This document shows, in pieces, positions 47,621-57,021 of a stretch of 64,000 bases of DNA. Position 1 is the stretch's first letter, and the number at the start of each line of letters is the position of its first letter. Under the pieces are notes generated by a model. It ran no database searches. It was not told the DNA's origin and worked only from the letters and a program-made list of their open reading frames with translations. The position numbers and the translations under genes are program-made. The DNA comes from an uncultured Clostridia bacterium (GTDB lineage Bacteria > Bacillota > Clostridia > Christensenellales > UBA1242), in contig CANQYX010000002.1 in NCBI GenBank assembly GCA_947628205.1, positions 4,975 through 68,974 on the forward strand. Reading direction: 5' to 3'.

Positions 47621-47622
47621 AA

Positions 47623-47916
47623 TTATTTAGCGCATTTGCAGTTGTTAGAAATTTTTGTGCTAGATTTGCCGCTGCACGCTTTGGCAGACGAACTTAATTT
47701 GCCACTGCATGCCTTTGCGGATGAAGTCATTTTGCCGCTACAAGATTTTGTGGTTTTGCCGCCGCACTTGCCACAAGATGCCTTGGCAGAATTGCTGTTT
47801 GAAACTGCCTTTACCGTTTTAGCGGTAGATTTTGCGCCGCAATTTTTAGCATCCATTGAAGAACTTTCATTTTGCGGGGTTGTGCTTACTGCCTTTTCTT
47901 TTTTTCTAAAAAACAT
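47623..47916 (-). CDS. Small Cys/Ser/Lys-rich repeat protein (97 aa)
   Basis: AAAAGGAGAG SD 4 nt upstream of the ATG, and its own terminator. The C-terminal half has SCGKCGGK...SCSGK...SSAKACSGK x2...NNCKCAK repeats. The antisense ORF 47609-47935 lacks an SD. Confidence 0.6.
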   Translation of the reverse strand: MFFRKKEKAVSTTPQNESSSMDAKNCGAKSTAKTVKAVSNSNSAKASCGKCGGKTTKSCSGKMTSSAKACSGKLSSSAKACSGKSSTKISNNCKCAK

Positions 47917-47978
47917 AAACTCTCCTTTTATGTAGTTATCCTACGCCCTTATTATGCGCAAAATCGGCAAAATAATAC

Positions 47979-48006
47979 AAAAAAAGCCCTAAATTAGGGC
48001 ATTTTT
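47979..48006. terminator. Terminator after yloV
   Basis: aaaaaaagccctaaattagggcattttt. Confidence 0.7.
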
Positions 48007-48007
48007 C

Positions 48008-49639
48008 CTATTCCACTGAAACAATGTAATAATAAACAGGTTGGCCGCCAAAAACCATTGAAACGTCCACATCTGGGAAGCACCCTTCCAACCTCTCTTG
48101 AAGGATATTTGCATCCTCTTCGGTTACGCCTTCGCCATAGAATAAAGTTAGGTTGCTAGAATCTGGTGAAATGAGCTTTTTAACCAATTCTATTGTGGTT
48201 TCGCCCACTTCTTTGCCGGTTGTTAGCACTGCGTGGCCGTCCAACCCCATAATATCGCCAACTTTGACATTTACACCATCCACATTAGTTGTTCTAACTG
48301 CATATGTAACTTCGCCAGAACGAACGTTTGCGATTGCGTCCATCATGTTAGATTTATTTTCTTCCACACTTGCGCTAGAATCCAACGCCAAAACGGCGCT
48401 TATGCCTTCTGGAATGCTGGTTGTTGGGATAACAATTAGATTTTTATCCGTAATATCCTTTGCCTGTTCAGCCGACATAATAATGTTTTTGTTATTAGGG
48501 AAAACAAAGATATTTTTTGCGTTAACGTTTTCTGCCGCGGTTGCAATGTCGTTTGCGCTCGGGTTCATGGTTTGGCCGCCACTTATAACATAGTCAACAT
48601 CAATATCTTTAAACACGCTGTTTAACCCATCGCCCGCCGCAACAACAATCATTCCATACTCTTTTGCCGGAGTTTTTTCTTGCTGTTTGCGAAGTTGTCG
48701 ATTTTGTTCTAGCATATTTTCAATTTTAACGCCGTTTAATTCGCCCAATTGAAGCGCGTAACCTAACGCTTTATTTGGCTCGTTGGTATGAACGTGAACT
48801 TTGATAAGTTGCAAATCACCTATGCAAAGCACGCAATCGCCAATTTCCATTAAACGAGAGCGAAGCTTGTTAATATCTGCATCGGTGGTTTTTTCGTAGA
48901 TATTTATAACGAAAAACTCGGTGCAATAGGCATATTTAATGTCCGCAAGCGATTGGAAACTAACATGGAATTCTTCACTAGTGACATCCTTTTCCACATT
49001 ATTTACAAAATTGACCTCAGTTAATTCGCCCGTAAGTGCCTTATAAAAGCCACTGAATATGTAAACAAGGCCGCGCCCACCTGCATCAACCACACCCGCT
49101 TTTTTAAGCACTGGAAGCATGTCCGGCGTCATTTGCAAGGTGTTTTCGCCATGAAGGATAAGTTCATTGAAAAACTCTTCAAAAGTTTTACAAGATTTGG
49201 CAGCTTGCTTTGACTTTTCTGCCATAGCTTTAATTATGGTTAAAATTGTGCCTTCTTTTGGCACGGTAACCGCCCTATAAGCCATTTCTGCGCCCGTTTG
49301 AATGGCTTTAGCAAAATCCTTAATTAAAATGGACTCTTTTGCCATCAGCCCAGAGCAAATGCCTTTTATAATTTGCGAAGTTATAACGCCGCTGTTGCCG
49401 CGCGCGCCCTTAAGCGCACCGCGATTGAACGCAACACAAATTGATTCTATTGAATTAGAATCGCACGCGTTCATTTCCGCCACTGCGCTTTTAAGCGTTA
49501 AACTCATGTTTGTGCCCGTGTCGCCGTCCGGCACTGGAAAGACATTGAGCGCGTCAATATCCTTCTTGTTCTCTTCCACTAAAGAATATGCATTTGAAAA
49601 CATCTTTCTCAGCGTAGAGCCATCGATTGTTTTTCCCAT
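48008..49639 (-). CDS. yloV: DAK2 domain fusion protein (YloV family)
   Basis: 543 aa. N-terminal DhaL-like DGDTGTNM and GARGNSG motifs, with a DegV-like C-terminal half. Follows the Asp23 gene as in B. subtilis yloU-yloV. Confidence 0.88.
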   Translation of the reverse strand: MGKTIDGSTLRKMFSNAYSLVEENKKDIDALNVFPVPDGDTGTNMSLTLKSAVAEMNACDSNSIESICVAFNRGALKGARGNSGVITSQIIKGICSGLMAKESILIKDFAKAIQTGAEMAYRAVTVPKEGTILTIIKAMAEKSKQAAKSCKTFEEFFNELILHGENTLQMTPDMLPVLKKAGVVDAGGRGLVYIFSGFYKALTGELTEVNFVNNVEKDVTSEEFHVSFQSLADIKYAYCTEFFVINIYEKTTDADINKLRSRLMEIGDCVLCIGDLQLIKVHVHTNEPNKALGYALQLGELNGVKIENMLEQNRQLRKQQEKTPAKEYGMIVVAAGDGLNSVFKDIDVDYVISGGQTMNPSANDIATAAENVNAKNIFVFPNNKNIIMSAEQAKDITDKNLIVIPTTSIPEGISAVLALDSSASVEENKSNMMDAIANVRSGEVTYAVRTTNVDGVNVKVGDIMGLDGHAVLTTGKEVGETTIELVKKLISPDSSNLTLFYGEGVTEEDANILQERLEGCFPDVDVSMVFGGQPVYYYIVSVE

Positions 49640-49653
49640 AAAATTTTAAACTC

Positions 49654-50001
49654 CTATACTCTAACATCTACGATATGAACGGATACGGTTTTAACCATCA
49701 TGCCAGAAAAGCGTTCAACCGAATATTTAACGCTTTGCCTAACTGACTCCGAAACCGCAGAGGCGCTAACACCACAATGTTTCATGATAATGTAGACATC
49801 AATTTTCATATTATCGTTGCCGAGAGTTGTAACAACCACGCCCTTGTGGTTTGTGGTTAACACGTTCCCCTTAAAGAAGCTGCGCTGTGAAACCAAACCC
49901 ACCACGCCAACGCACTCCATAACAGAAACAGCGGCAACTTTACTAATTGCCTTTTTGCTAATTGAAATTTTACCAAAAGAATTAAAAGTGGTTAATTTCA
50001 T
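49654..50001 (-). CDS. Asp23/Gls24 family (YloU-like) protein
   Basis: MKLTTFNSFGKISISKKAISKVAAVSVMECVGVVGL. Start at the ATG at 50001 (GGAGA SD); the track ORF extends to 50061. Confidence 0.85.
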   Translation of the reverse strand: MKLTTFNSFGKISISKKAISKVAAVSVMECVGVVGLVSQRSFFKGNVLTTNHKGVVVTTLGNDNMKIDVYIIMKHCGVSASAVSESVRQSVKYSVERFSGMMVKTVSVHIVDVRV

Positions 50002-50145
50002 TACAATCTCCGTGCCTATTATACAACATATTTTGGAAATAATCAAACATTTTTGCCACAATTTTTCAAAAATACTTGATTTTTGGCTTTTGTTGTGTTA
50101 TTATATGCAAGTATTATTATAAATAAACTAATTAGGAGGATATGT

Positions 50146-50331
50146 ATGAAGGTTTGTGAAGTATGTGGAAAGGGTCGCACTTCTGGCAACAATGTTAGCC
50201 ACAGCATGCGCCACACAAAAAGAACTTTTGGTGCAAATATACAAAAAGTTGATGTTGAATTAGATGGCAAAAAAGGCAAAAAGAACATCTGCGCCAACTG
50301 CTTAAAAACGATGAAAAAAGAGGCTAAATAG
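50146..50331 (+). CDS. rpmB: 50S ribosomal protein L28
   Basis: MKVCEVCGKGRTSGNNVSHSMRHTKRTFGANIQKV. AGGAGGA SD. Divergent from the asp23-yloV genes as in Bacillus. Confidence 0.92.
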   Translation: MKVCEVCGKGRTSGNNVSHSMRHTKRTFGANIQKVDVELDGKKGKKNICANCLKTMKKEAK

Positions 50332-50398
50332 CCTCTTTTTTTCTGGCAAAATTTTAATTTTGACAGTAAATAATTAAGCAAGTAATTTGCTTTCTTTT

Positions 50399-50956
50399 TT
50401 ATTTAATGACTTTCCACTCGCTGCTAAGTATGCCAAAATTTATGCTGTCTAAATATTTTCCGTTTTTCCTTCTTGCTTCACGGTCTACCCCTTCTTGTTT
50501 AAAGCCTAAGCGCAACGCTAAATTTTGGCTTGCCTCGTTGCCTTGCCAAACATTAATTTCAATGCGGTGCAAGTTGTATGTGTTAAACATATAATTAATA
50601 ATTGCACTCACGCCTTCGGTGGCGTAACCTTTATGCCAAAATTTGCTATTTAATGCCCAGCTGAGCCTGCCTAAATTATTAGGCCAGTTAACCGCCACCC
50701 CGACATAGCCAATAACTTTTTGCGTGCTTTTTAAAAAAATTGCATAACGTTGCATGCCTATTTTTGTGCGTTTTCTATATTCCGCCAACACTTTTGGAAA
50801 TTCGTTGATATAATCCTTTTTCGTTTTATTGTTATCGGGCTGAAATTCCCACATGCGTTTATCGCTCATAAATTCGGCGTAATCGTTTGCGTCTGCCTCG
50901 TTGAACTTCCTTAATATTAGGCGTTCAGTTTCAATATCCACAATTTTAACTTTCAT
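50399..50956 (-). CDS. GNAT family N-acetyltransferase (RimJ/RimL-like)
   Basis: 185 aa. LILRKFNEADANDY...WHKGYATEG...HRIEINVWQGNEASQNLALRLGFKQEG. Confidence 0.8.
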   Translation of the reverse strand: MKVKIVDIETERLILRKFNEADANDYAEFMSDKRMWEFQPDNNKTKKDYINEFPKVLAEYRKRTKIGMQRYAIFLKSTQKVIGYVGVAVNWPNNLGRLSWALNSKFWHKGYATEGVSAIINYMFNTYNLHRIEINVWQGNEASQNLALRLGFKQEGVDREARRKNGKYLDSINFGILSSEWKVIK

Positions 50957-51197
50957 ATTTATATTTTAACATATTTTGGGCTGTTATTCAAGCAATTTTA
51001 ACCAAAACGGGCGCGATTTCATATATTGTGTTATGAAAATTTATTGCTGGAAAGCCCCAAAAATTTTAAAGCCAATTTTTAAACTGCTGTTTGGCAAAAA
51101 AATTTACTATATAGGAAAATAAAACACTATTGTCAATAAAATTTAGCGTTAAATTATATTTAATGCTTTTATTTTGTTTTCATTGCCTTTTTACAAC

Positions 51198-51222
51198 AAA
51201 AAAGTGCCGAGAAGAGGCACTT
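51198..51222 (-). terminator. Rho-independent terminator after dnaJ
   Basis: aagtgcctcttctcggcactt plus T6 on the minus strand; overlaps the stop codon. Confidence 0.7.
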
Positions 51223-52345
51223 AATCTAATTTTTTAGTATAATTGTTCGTTTTAGGGTATGCTTTTTCGTTTATTGTGGTTTGCAATTCTTTAACAAGTT
51301 TTATGGCGTTTTTATCTAGGTCTTTTGGCATTTCGCCTTTTAAGGTTACAATAATATCCCCACTGCCAATGCCCTTTAAATACTTAATTCCTTTGCCTTT
51401 AAGCGTGAATTTGGTGTTAGATTGAGTTAGCGGCGCAACATCTATCGTTTGCGTGCCTTTTAGGGTTGGAACTTCCACCTTTCCGCCCAAAATTAAGGTG
51501 GTTATTGGCGCGTAGGCATCCACATACAAATCGAACCCTTTGCGCACAAGCAGTGGGTGCGGCTGAACGGTTATTGCAATGCGCAAATCGCCCGGGATGC
51601 CGTTGGTTGAGGCTGTTTGATGCCCCTCGCCATTTAGGCGGATGACTTGGTCGTTATCTATGCCGGCAGGGATTTTAACCTTAATTTTTGTGGTTGTGGT
51701 TTTAAGCCCAGTTCCGCGGCAAGAGGCGCATTTGTTTTTAACCACCTTACCCTTGCCGTTACAGTTGCGGCAGATGCCGACAGTTTGAGTTATGCCAAAC
51801 ATGGTGCGTTGGGTTAGAGTTACACGCCCGGTGCCGTTACATTCGCCGCAAGTTACATAGTCACTGTTAGATTTTGCGCCCGTGCCATTGCAATCTTTGC
51901 AACGCTCTTTGCGAGTTATGCTAATTTCTTTTTCACAACCAAACGCTGCCTCGGCAAATGAAATGGTAAGGTTGGTGTTAATATCTTCGCCTTCTTCTCT
52001 TCTTTGTGCTTGCGCTCCGCGACCGCCAAAGCCAAACATATTGAAAAGGTCTTCAAAACCGCCAAACCCTTCTGCGCCAGAAAAACCGCCTGAAAAACCA
52101 CCAGCGCCGCCGCCAAACCCTTGCGGACCGTCTGCCGAGCCGAATTGGTCGTAATTAGCGCGCTTTTCTTTATCGCTTAAAACGGAATAAGCTTCGTTAA
52201 TTTCTTTAAACTTTTCCGCTGCTTCAGGCGTTTTGTTGAGATCGGGGTGATATTTCTTTGCTAAATTTCTAAACGCTGACTTAATTTCATCGTCGCTCGC
52301 GTTTTTATTCACGCCTAAAGTTTCATAATAATCTTTATTAGCCAT
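51221..52345 (-). CDS. dnaJ: Molecular chaperone DnaJ
   Basis: J domain (DYYETLGV...KYHPD), a G/F-rich linker and four CxxCxGxG zinc motifs. Confidence 0.95.
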   Translation of the reverse strand: MANKDYYETLGVNKNASDDEIKSAFRNLAKKYHPDLNKTPEAAEKFKEINEAYSVLSDKEKRANYDQFGSADGPQGFGGGAGGFSGGFSGAEGFGGFEDLFNMFGFGGRGAQAQRREEGEDINTNLTISFAEAAFGCEKEISITRKERCKDCNGTGAKSNSDYVTCGECNGTGRVTLTQRTMFGITQTVGICRNCNGKGKVVKNKCASCRGTGLKTTTTKIKVKIPAGIDNDQVIRLNGEGHQTASTNGIPGDLRIAITVQPHPLLVRKGFDLYVDAYAPITTLILGGKVEVPTLKGTQTIDVAPLTQSNTKFTLKGKGIKYLKGIGSGDIIVTLKGEMPKDLDKNAIKLVKELQTTINEKAYPKTNNYTKKLD

Positions 52346-52467
52346 TTGTTTCCTTTTATAAGGTTATTTGCATTTCTTTTTTATTTGCTCTTTTTTAGAA
52401 AAGAGGAATAAAAAATAGTTGTTCTTTTGGTGGCTTTTCTATCAAGAAAAAGCCAATAAAATAGGTT

Positions 52468-52512
52468 GAGATTGCCACGGCAAAATCATGGTGATTTTGC
52501 CTCGCAATGACA
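52468..52512 (+). repeat. GAGATTGCC-type repeat in the dnaK-dnaJ spacer
   Basis: gagattgccacg-gcaaaatca-tgg-tgattttgc-ctcgcaatgaca. Confidence 0.88.
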
Positions 52513-52517
52513 TAATT

Positions 52518-54350
52518 TTATTCAACTACTACTTCAGGGTCGCCGTCATCCTTTGGTTTGTCGCCATTTGGGTTGCCGTTAGGGTTGCCATTGTCGCCTT
52601 GTGGTTGCTGACTAGCCATGTTTTGATACATCTTGCTGAACACGGTGTTTGAAACATTTGTTAGGTCGTCTGTTGCCTTTTTAATTTCGTCCATGCTTTC
52701 GCTTTGTAAGTGCTTTTTAGCTTCTTCCACCGAGTCAGTTAAAGCTTTTTTATCTTCCTCGCTTAGTTTGTCGCCATTTTCCTTCATAACCTTTTCGATG
52801 TTCATAGTCATGCCGTCAAGATTATTGCGTGCGTCGATAAGTTCGCGTTTCTTTTTATCCTCTTCTGCAAATTGTTCTGCCTCTTTAACTGCCTTATTGA
52901 TTTCGTCTTCGCTTAGGTTGGTTGAAGCGGTGATGGTTATTTTTTGCTCTTTATTTGTGCCGAGGTCCTTTGCCGAAACGTTGACAATGCCGTTCGCATC
53001 GATATCAAAAGTAACTTCAATTTGTGGAACGCCGCGTGGTGCTGGCGGAATGCCGGTCAATTGGAAGCGTCCTAACGATTTATTTTGAGCGGCAAATTCG
53101 CGTTCGCCTTGAAGGACGTTAATTTCAACGCCCGGTTGATTATCTTGTGCTGTAGAGAAAATTTGGCTTTTTTTGGTTGGGATTGTGGTGTTGCGCGGAA
53201 TAAGCTTTGTGCACACGCCGCCCAAAGTTTCAATGCCCAAAGAAAGTGGAGTTACATCAAGCAACAAAACGTCTTTAACATCGCCACCAAGCACGCCCGC
53301 TTGAATTGCTGCACCTACTGCTACGCACTCGTCTGGGTTTATGCCCTTGAATGGGGTTACAGGAATTTCTTTTGCAAGCGCATCAACCACGCAAGGAACA
53401 CGGGTTGAGCCACCAACAAGCACAACGTTTTGAATGTCGTTTTTGGTTAGTCCCGCATCTTTAAGTGCATTGCGCACGCAAACAAGTGTGCTATCAACAA
53501 GGTCGCTAATCATGCTCTCAAATTTAGCGCGTGTAAGCGTATATTCCAAGTGTTTAGGGCCGGTTGCATCAGCTGTGATAAATGGCAAACTGATTGTGGT
53601 TTGTGTGAGTGTAGAAAGTTCAATTTTTGCCTTTTCTGCTGCCTCTTTCAAGCGTTGTTTTGCTAGTTTGTCGGTTGAAAGGTCTATGCCATTTTCCTTT
53701 TTAAATTCGCTAATTAACAAGTCCATAATGCGGTTATCAAAGTCATCACCGCCAAGGCGAGTGTTGCCGTTGGTTGAAAGCACTTCAAACACGCCATCGC
53801 CAATTTCTAGGATGGAAACATCAAATGTGCCGCCACCCAAATCGTAAATCAAAATCTTTTGATTTTTTCTATCGCTCTTATCTAGTCCGTAAGCAAGTGC
53901 GGCTGCGGTTGGCTCGTTAATGATGCGCAAAACCTCAAGGCCGGCAATTTTACCCGCATTTTTTGTCGCTTGACGTTGGCTATCGTTAAAATATGCTGGT
54001 ACAGTAATAACTGCTTGGGTTACTGGTCCGCCCAAATATGCTTCTGCATCTTGCTTTAACTTGCTTAAAATCATTGCGCTGATTTCTTCTGGGCTGTATT
54101 GTTTGCCTCCGATAGATACTTTATAATCCGTACCCATTTCGCGCTTAATTGAAATGACAGTGTTGTCTGGGTTGGCAACTGCTTGACGCTTTGCCACTTG
54201 ACCTACTAACCTATCATTATCTTTAAAACCTACCACGCTAGGGGTTGTTCTGCTGCCCTCGCTGTTAGGGATTACGGTTGGCTGTCCGCCTTCCATAACT
54301 GCGACACAACTATTTGTTGTGCCAAGGTCTATGCCTATTATCTTACTCAT
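52518..54350 (-). CDS. dnaK: Molecular chaperone DnaK
   Basis: [22 protein letters not shown] and VLVGGSTR Hsp70 signatures. Confidence 0.97.
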   Translation of the reverse strand: MSKIIGIDLGTTNSCVAVMEGGQPTVIPNSEGSRTTPSVVGFKDNDRLVGQVAKRQAVANPDNTVISIKREMGTDYKVSIGGKQYSPEEISAMILSKLKQDAEAYLGGPVTQAVITVPAYFNDSQRQATKNAGKIAGLEVLRIINEPTAAALAYGLDKSDRKNQKILIYDLGGGTFDVSILEIGDGVFEVLSTNGNTRLGGDDFDNRIMDLLISEFKKENGIDLSTDKLAKQRLKEAAEKAKIELSTLTQTTISLPFITADATGPKHLEYTLTRAKFESMISDLVDSTLVCVRNALKDAGLTKNDIQNVVLVGGSTRVPCVVDALAKEIPVTPFKGINPDECVAVGAAIQAGVLGGDVKDVLLLDVTPLSLGIETLGGVCTKLIPRNTTIPTKKSQIFSTAQDNQPGVEINVLQGEREFAAQNKSLGRFQLTGIPPAPRGVPQIEVTFDIDANGIVNVSAKDLGTNKEQKITITASTNLSEDEINKAVKEAEQFAEEDKKKRELIDARNNLDGMTMNIEKVMKENGDKLSEEDKKALTDSVEEAKKHLQSESMDEIKKATDDLTNVSNTVFSKMYQNMASQQPQGDNGNPNGNPNGDKPKDDGDPEVVVE

Positions 54351-54401
54351 ATATTTAAATCTCCTTTAATTTTTATTTTAATTTTTATTAACCCTATTTT
54401 G

Positions 54402-54490
54402 CTTACTTTTTTAAAGTAAGTTGTTTGCAGGGGTCTGGGGAGAATCGAAACTCCCCAGGTCTTTTGTAACTTTTCTAGCATAGAAAAGTT
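54402..54490. other. Three consecutive perfect hairpins in the grpE-dnaK spacer
   Basis: 54402-54420 cttacttt-ttt-aaagtaag; 54435-54458 ctggggag-aatcgaaa-ctccccag; 54468-54490 aacttttcta-gca-tagaaaagtt (touches the grpE stop). None is followed by a clear T-run on the minus strand. Confidence 0.6.
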
Positions 54491-55053
54491 TATTGCTTAA
54501 CGATAACTTGCGAATATCTTATAACTTTGCCTTTATATGTGAAACCTTTGTATGCCTCTTTAACTATATATCCGCTTTCGACGTCGGCGGTGCTGTCCGT
54601 GTCTATGGCTTGATGCAAATTAGGGTCGAACTTGCCGGTTGCGTCAATCACTTCCACGCCCATTTTAGAAAGTGTATCCAAAATGCCCTTTTCAATGAAC
54701 TTTATGCCCATAAGGGTGTTTTTGTCCGTTATCATATCCGCCGCCATTTTAAAACTATCCAACGCGGGCAAGAACTGGGTTATTGCGTCCATAAAGCCGT
54801 CTTGACGCGCATCTCCTAATGCGGTTACCATGCGTTTGCGGTAGTTATCGAACTCGGCTTGAACGCGCAATAGGTCGTTTAAATAGTTGGTTTCTACCTT
54901 TTCTTCTGGTGGTGGAATTGGCTGTTCTTCCACTGTTTGATTTGTTTCTGTGTTATCATCGGTTGTTTCGGTTGTTTCTTCTATATTTTCATTTTGCTCG
55001 AATTGTTCATTTTGCTCGGTTAAATTGTCTTTTTCTTCCGTTTCGTCGTTCAC
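54490..55053 (-). CDS. grpE: Nucleotide exchange factor GrpE
   Basis: 187 aa. Acidic N-terminus, then LRVQAEFDNYRKR and a C-terminal beta domain. Its start overlaps the hrcA stop. Confidence 0.92.
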   Translation of the reverse strand: MNDETEEKDNLTEQNEQFEQNENIEETTETTDDNTETNQTVEEQPIPPPEEKVETNYLNDLLRVQAEFDNYRKRMVTALGDARQDGFMDAITQFLPALDSFKMAADMITDKNTLMGIKFIEKGILDTLSKMGVEVIDATGKFDPNLHQAIDTDSTADVESGYIVKEAYKGFTYKGKVIRYSQVIVKQ

Positions 55054-56069
55054 TTTTTGCCTCCTTTTAAGTCAATCTGCCCGACAATGAATTTAAGTGC
55101 AGCGGCAATGTTGGCGTAGTCCACCCGTTTTGGGCCGACAAGCGCAAGGCTGGCGATTGGCACTCCGTTGATGACGATTGGCGCGCTTAGCATCATGCCG
55201 CCTTTTAGCGAACTTTCCTCGCCACCCACTTGATAGTTGACATTTGAAGTGTTGTCCTTAACCGCATCAATAATTTTGTCCGCATCTTGCAAAAACTCAA
55301 ACACATCCTTCGTTTCATCAATTTCACTGGCGGTTTGGCCGGACAACAATTTGGCAGGGTTGCCGCTAGAAATGTCACATTTCGTTTTAATAACTGCCAT
55401 AAGCACATTGGCAACGCTATCTATAAGCTCTTTAAACTCGGCAATCTGCGCGCCCGCTTTTAGGCAAGTTGAATTGATGTTATCCACCAAAAATTCAATT
55501 GTTTTGCCTTTAAACTGGCTTGTTAGATATTTGCCTGCCTCGGCGCAACTTGCGCGGTCTATTGATGGGTCTAGGCTCATATTATCGTCTATAATGCCTG
55601 CATTGGTTTCAACCAACAACAGCGCATCTTTGTTGATAAGCGGAATAATTTGAATGTTTTCAATCACTAAATTTTGAAGCCCGTGCTGCACTAACACTGC
55701 TGGGCAGTTTGTTGCGCGGCTGAGGCGCTTTGCAAGGCTAGATAGCGTGCTTATTAAACTGACCGAGCGATTTTCGTAGTCCGTAACCACATTTTTCACA
55801 TTGGCGTAGTTCAATTTGTTATTATCCAAAATGTTTGCTACATACTCTTTATATGCAAGCGCAGTCGGCACTCGCCCGCCCGAAGTGTGCAGTTGCTTAA
55901 AATAGCCCATGCTTTCTAGCGCGTTAAGCTCATTGCGGAGCGTTGCCGAACTTATGTCCTGAAAATGCGCGTTAAGCGAGCCACTTGTTATTGGCTGCGC
56001 GGACTTAATGTAATCGTCCACCGCCACCAAAACAATATCGTGTTTGCGTTTGTTTTTATCGTTTATCAC
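55050..56069 (-). CDS. hrcA: Heat-inducible transcription repressor HrcA
   Basis: 339 aa. N-terminal winged helix (PITSGSLNAHF...SSATLRNELNALESMGY). GTG start at 56069. CIRCE element upstream. Confidence 0.9.
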   Translation of the reverse strand: MINDKNKRKHDIVLVAVDDYIKSAQPITSGSLNAHFQDISSATLRNELNALESMGYFKQLHTSGGRVPTALAYKEYVANILDNNKLNYANVKNVVTDYENRSVSLISTLSSLAKRLSRATNCPAVLVQHGLQNLVIENIQIIPLINKDALLLVETNAGIIDDNMSLDPSIDRASCAEAGKYLTSQFKGKTIEFLVDNINSTCLKAGAQIAEFKELIDSVANVLMAVIKTKCDISSGNPAKLLSGQTASEIDETKDVFEFLQDADKIIDAVKDNTSNVNYQVGGEESSLKGGMMLSAPIVINGVPIASLALVGPKRVDYANIAAALKFIVGQIDLKGGKK

Positions 56070-56120
56070 TAATCAATCCTAATTAATTTAAAGATACTCG
56101 ACTATATCTTAGCAATTTTA

Positions 56121-56153
56121 TAACCCACGAGAACTTGCTTCGAGTGGGTAAGC
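56121..56153 (-). repeat. Inverted copy of the CCCCAC...GTGGGG hairpin module inside the hrcA leader
   Basis: The plus strand reads taacccacgagaacttgcttcgagtgggtaagcg. Its reverse complement cgcttacccactcgaagcaagttctcgtgggtta matches the modules at 10418 and 12877. Confidence 0.7.
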
Positions 56154-56222
56154 GCAGCAACCGCTTAAGGACTTACAATTTTTTGTGTCCACAAAAAATT
56201 TAGTTTAAAAGCGTGTTGCGAG

Positions 56223-56249
56223 CTAGCACTCTTATTATATGATTGCTAA
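56223..56249. promoter_or_regulatory. CIRCE operator (HrcA binding site)
   Basis: CTAGCACTC-ttattatat-GATTGCTAA against the consensus TTAGCACTC-N9-GAGTGCTAA (16/18), directly downstream of the hrcA promoter. Confidence 0.85.
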
Positions 56250-56253
56250 CTCT

Positions 56254-56282
56254 ATTTTATACACATTGCTAACGCTTGTCAA
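56254..56282 (-). promoter_or_regulatory. Sigma-A promoter of the hrcA-grpE-dnaK-dnaJ operon
   Basis: On the minus strand, TTGACA (56282-56277), a 17-nt spacer, then TAAAAT (56259-56254), 4 nt before CIRCE. Confidence 0.65.
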
Positions 56283-56468
56283 GCAAAATTGTCAAAATTT
56301 TTAAAATTTTTTTTATTTTTTTTCGCGCTTAATTAAATATTTTTTAAAGATATATATTATTATTTGCTACTACCATAGTTAAACGATGATTTTAATAAGC
56401 ATTAAATAATGGGGAAAAAAACAAAAACGACAGGCGGGCTGGCGTTTTGGCGCGTTTATTCAAATTGA

Positions 56469-56915
56469 TTATTTTTTTGTTGGAACTTGTGAATTGTTTT
56501 TTGATGTGGGGATTATTGCAGTAATTTCATCCTGCTTAGTTTGATTGTCCAACAAAAAGTTTATGTCACGTTTAATTTGTGGCAGTAAGGCAAATTTGCA
56601 GCGCTTTAAAAATTTGTTAAGTTCCAATTCAGGCAAAATATCACGATAAATATAAAAATTGACCTGATAAATTTCGTTAATTAAAGCTTGCTTTTTTGCT
56701 AACAATTTCAATAAAAAATCCTTATTTTGAATGTATGAATGAGGCAAGCAATTTAAAGGCACATCTTTGGAAAGCACAAGATATTCAAAAAAGGCATCTA
56801 GCGTTTCAAAACTGCCGATGTGAGATATTAAATCCTCATTTTGATGTTTCCATTCATGAGAGTTTATGCATTTTAAAATAACATTTTTTGCGATAATTTT
56901 TTGTGAAAAATTCAT
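56469..56915 (-). CDS. Hypothetical protein (148 aa)
   Basis: TTGACA-16-TGtTATAAT promoter and an AAAGGAA SD upstream. Inserted between hemW and hrcA. No motif recognised. Confidence 0.55.
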   Translation of the reverse strand: MNFSQKIIAKNVILKCINSHEWKHQNEDLISHIGSFETLDAFFEYLVLSKDVPLNCLPHSYIQNKDFLLKLLAKKQALINEIYQVNFYIYRDILPELELNKFLKRCKFALLPQIKRDINFLLDNQTKQDEITAIIPTSKNNSQVPTKK

Positions 56916-57021
56916 AAATTTCCTTTTAATTGAGTTTTAATTATAACATAATATTTGTTTTTGTCAAATGATTTCGACAATTTGCAAAAATATTTTAATT
57001 TGTTTTAATTTCAACGATTTT

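Noticed and set aside
47609-47935. Plus-strand 108-aa ORF (LPLHA(L/F)ADE repeats) antisense to the Cys-rich ORF.
   Set aside because: It starts with a TTG inside the terminator hairpin and has no SD. The minus-strand ORF has AAAAGGAGAG 4 nt from its ATG and is followed by a terminator. The plus-strand ORF mirrors the DNA repeats.
50043-50381. Minus-strand 112-aa ORF overlapping rpmB, and ORF 26143-26508 antisense to the NUDIX gene.
   Set aside because: The opposite strand encodes clearly recognisable L28 and Nudix-box proteins with proper SDs.
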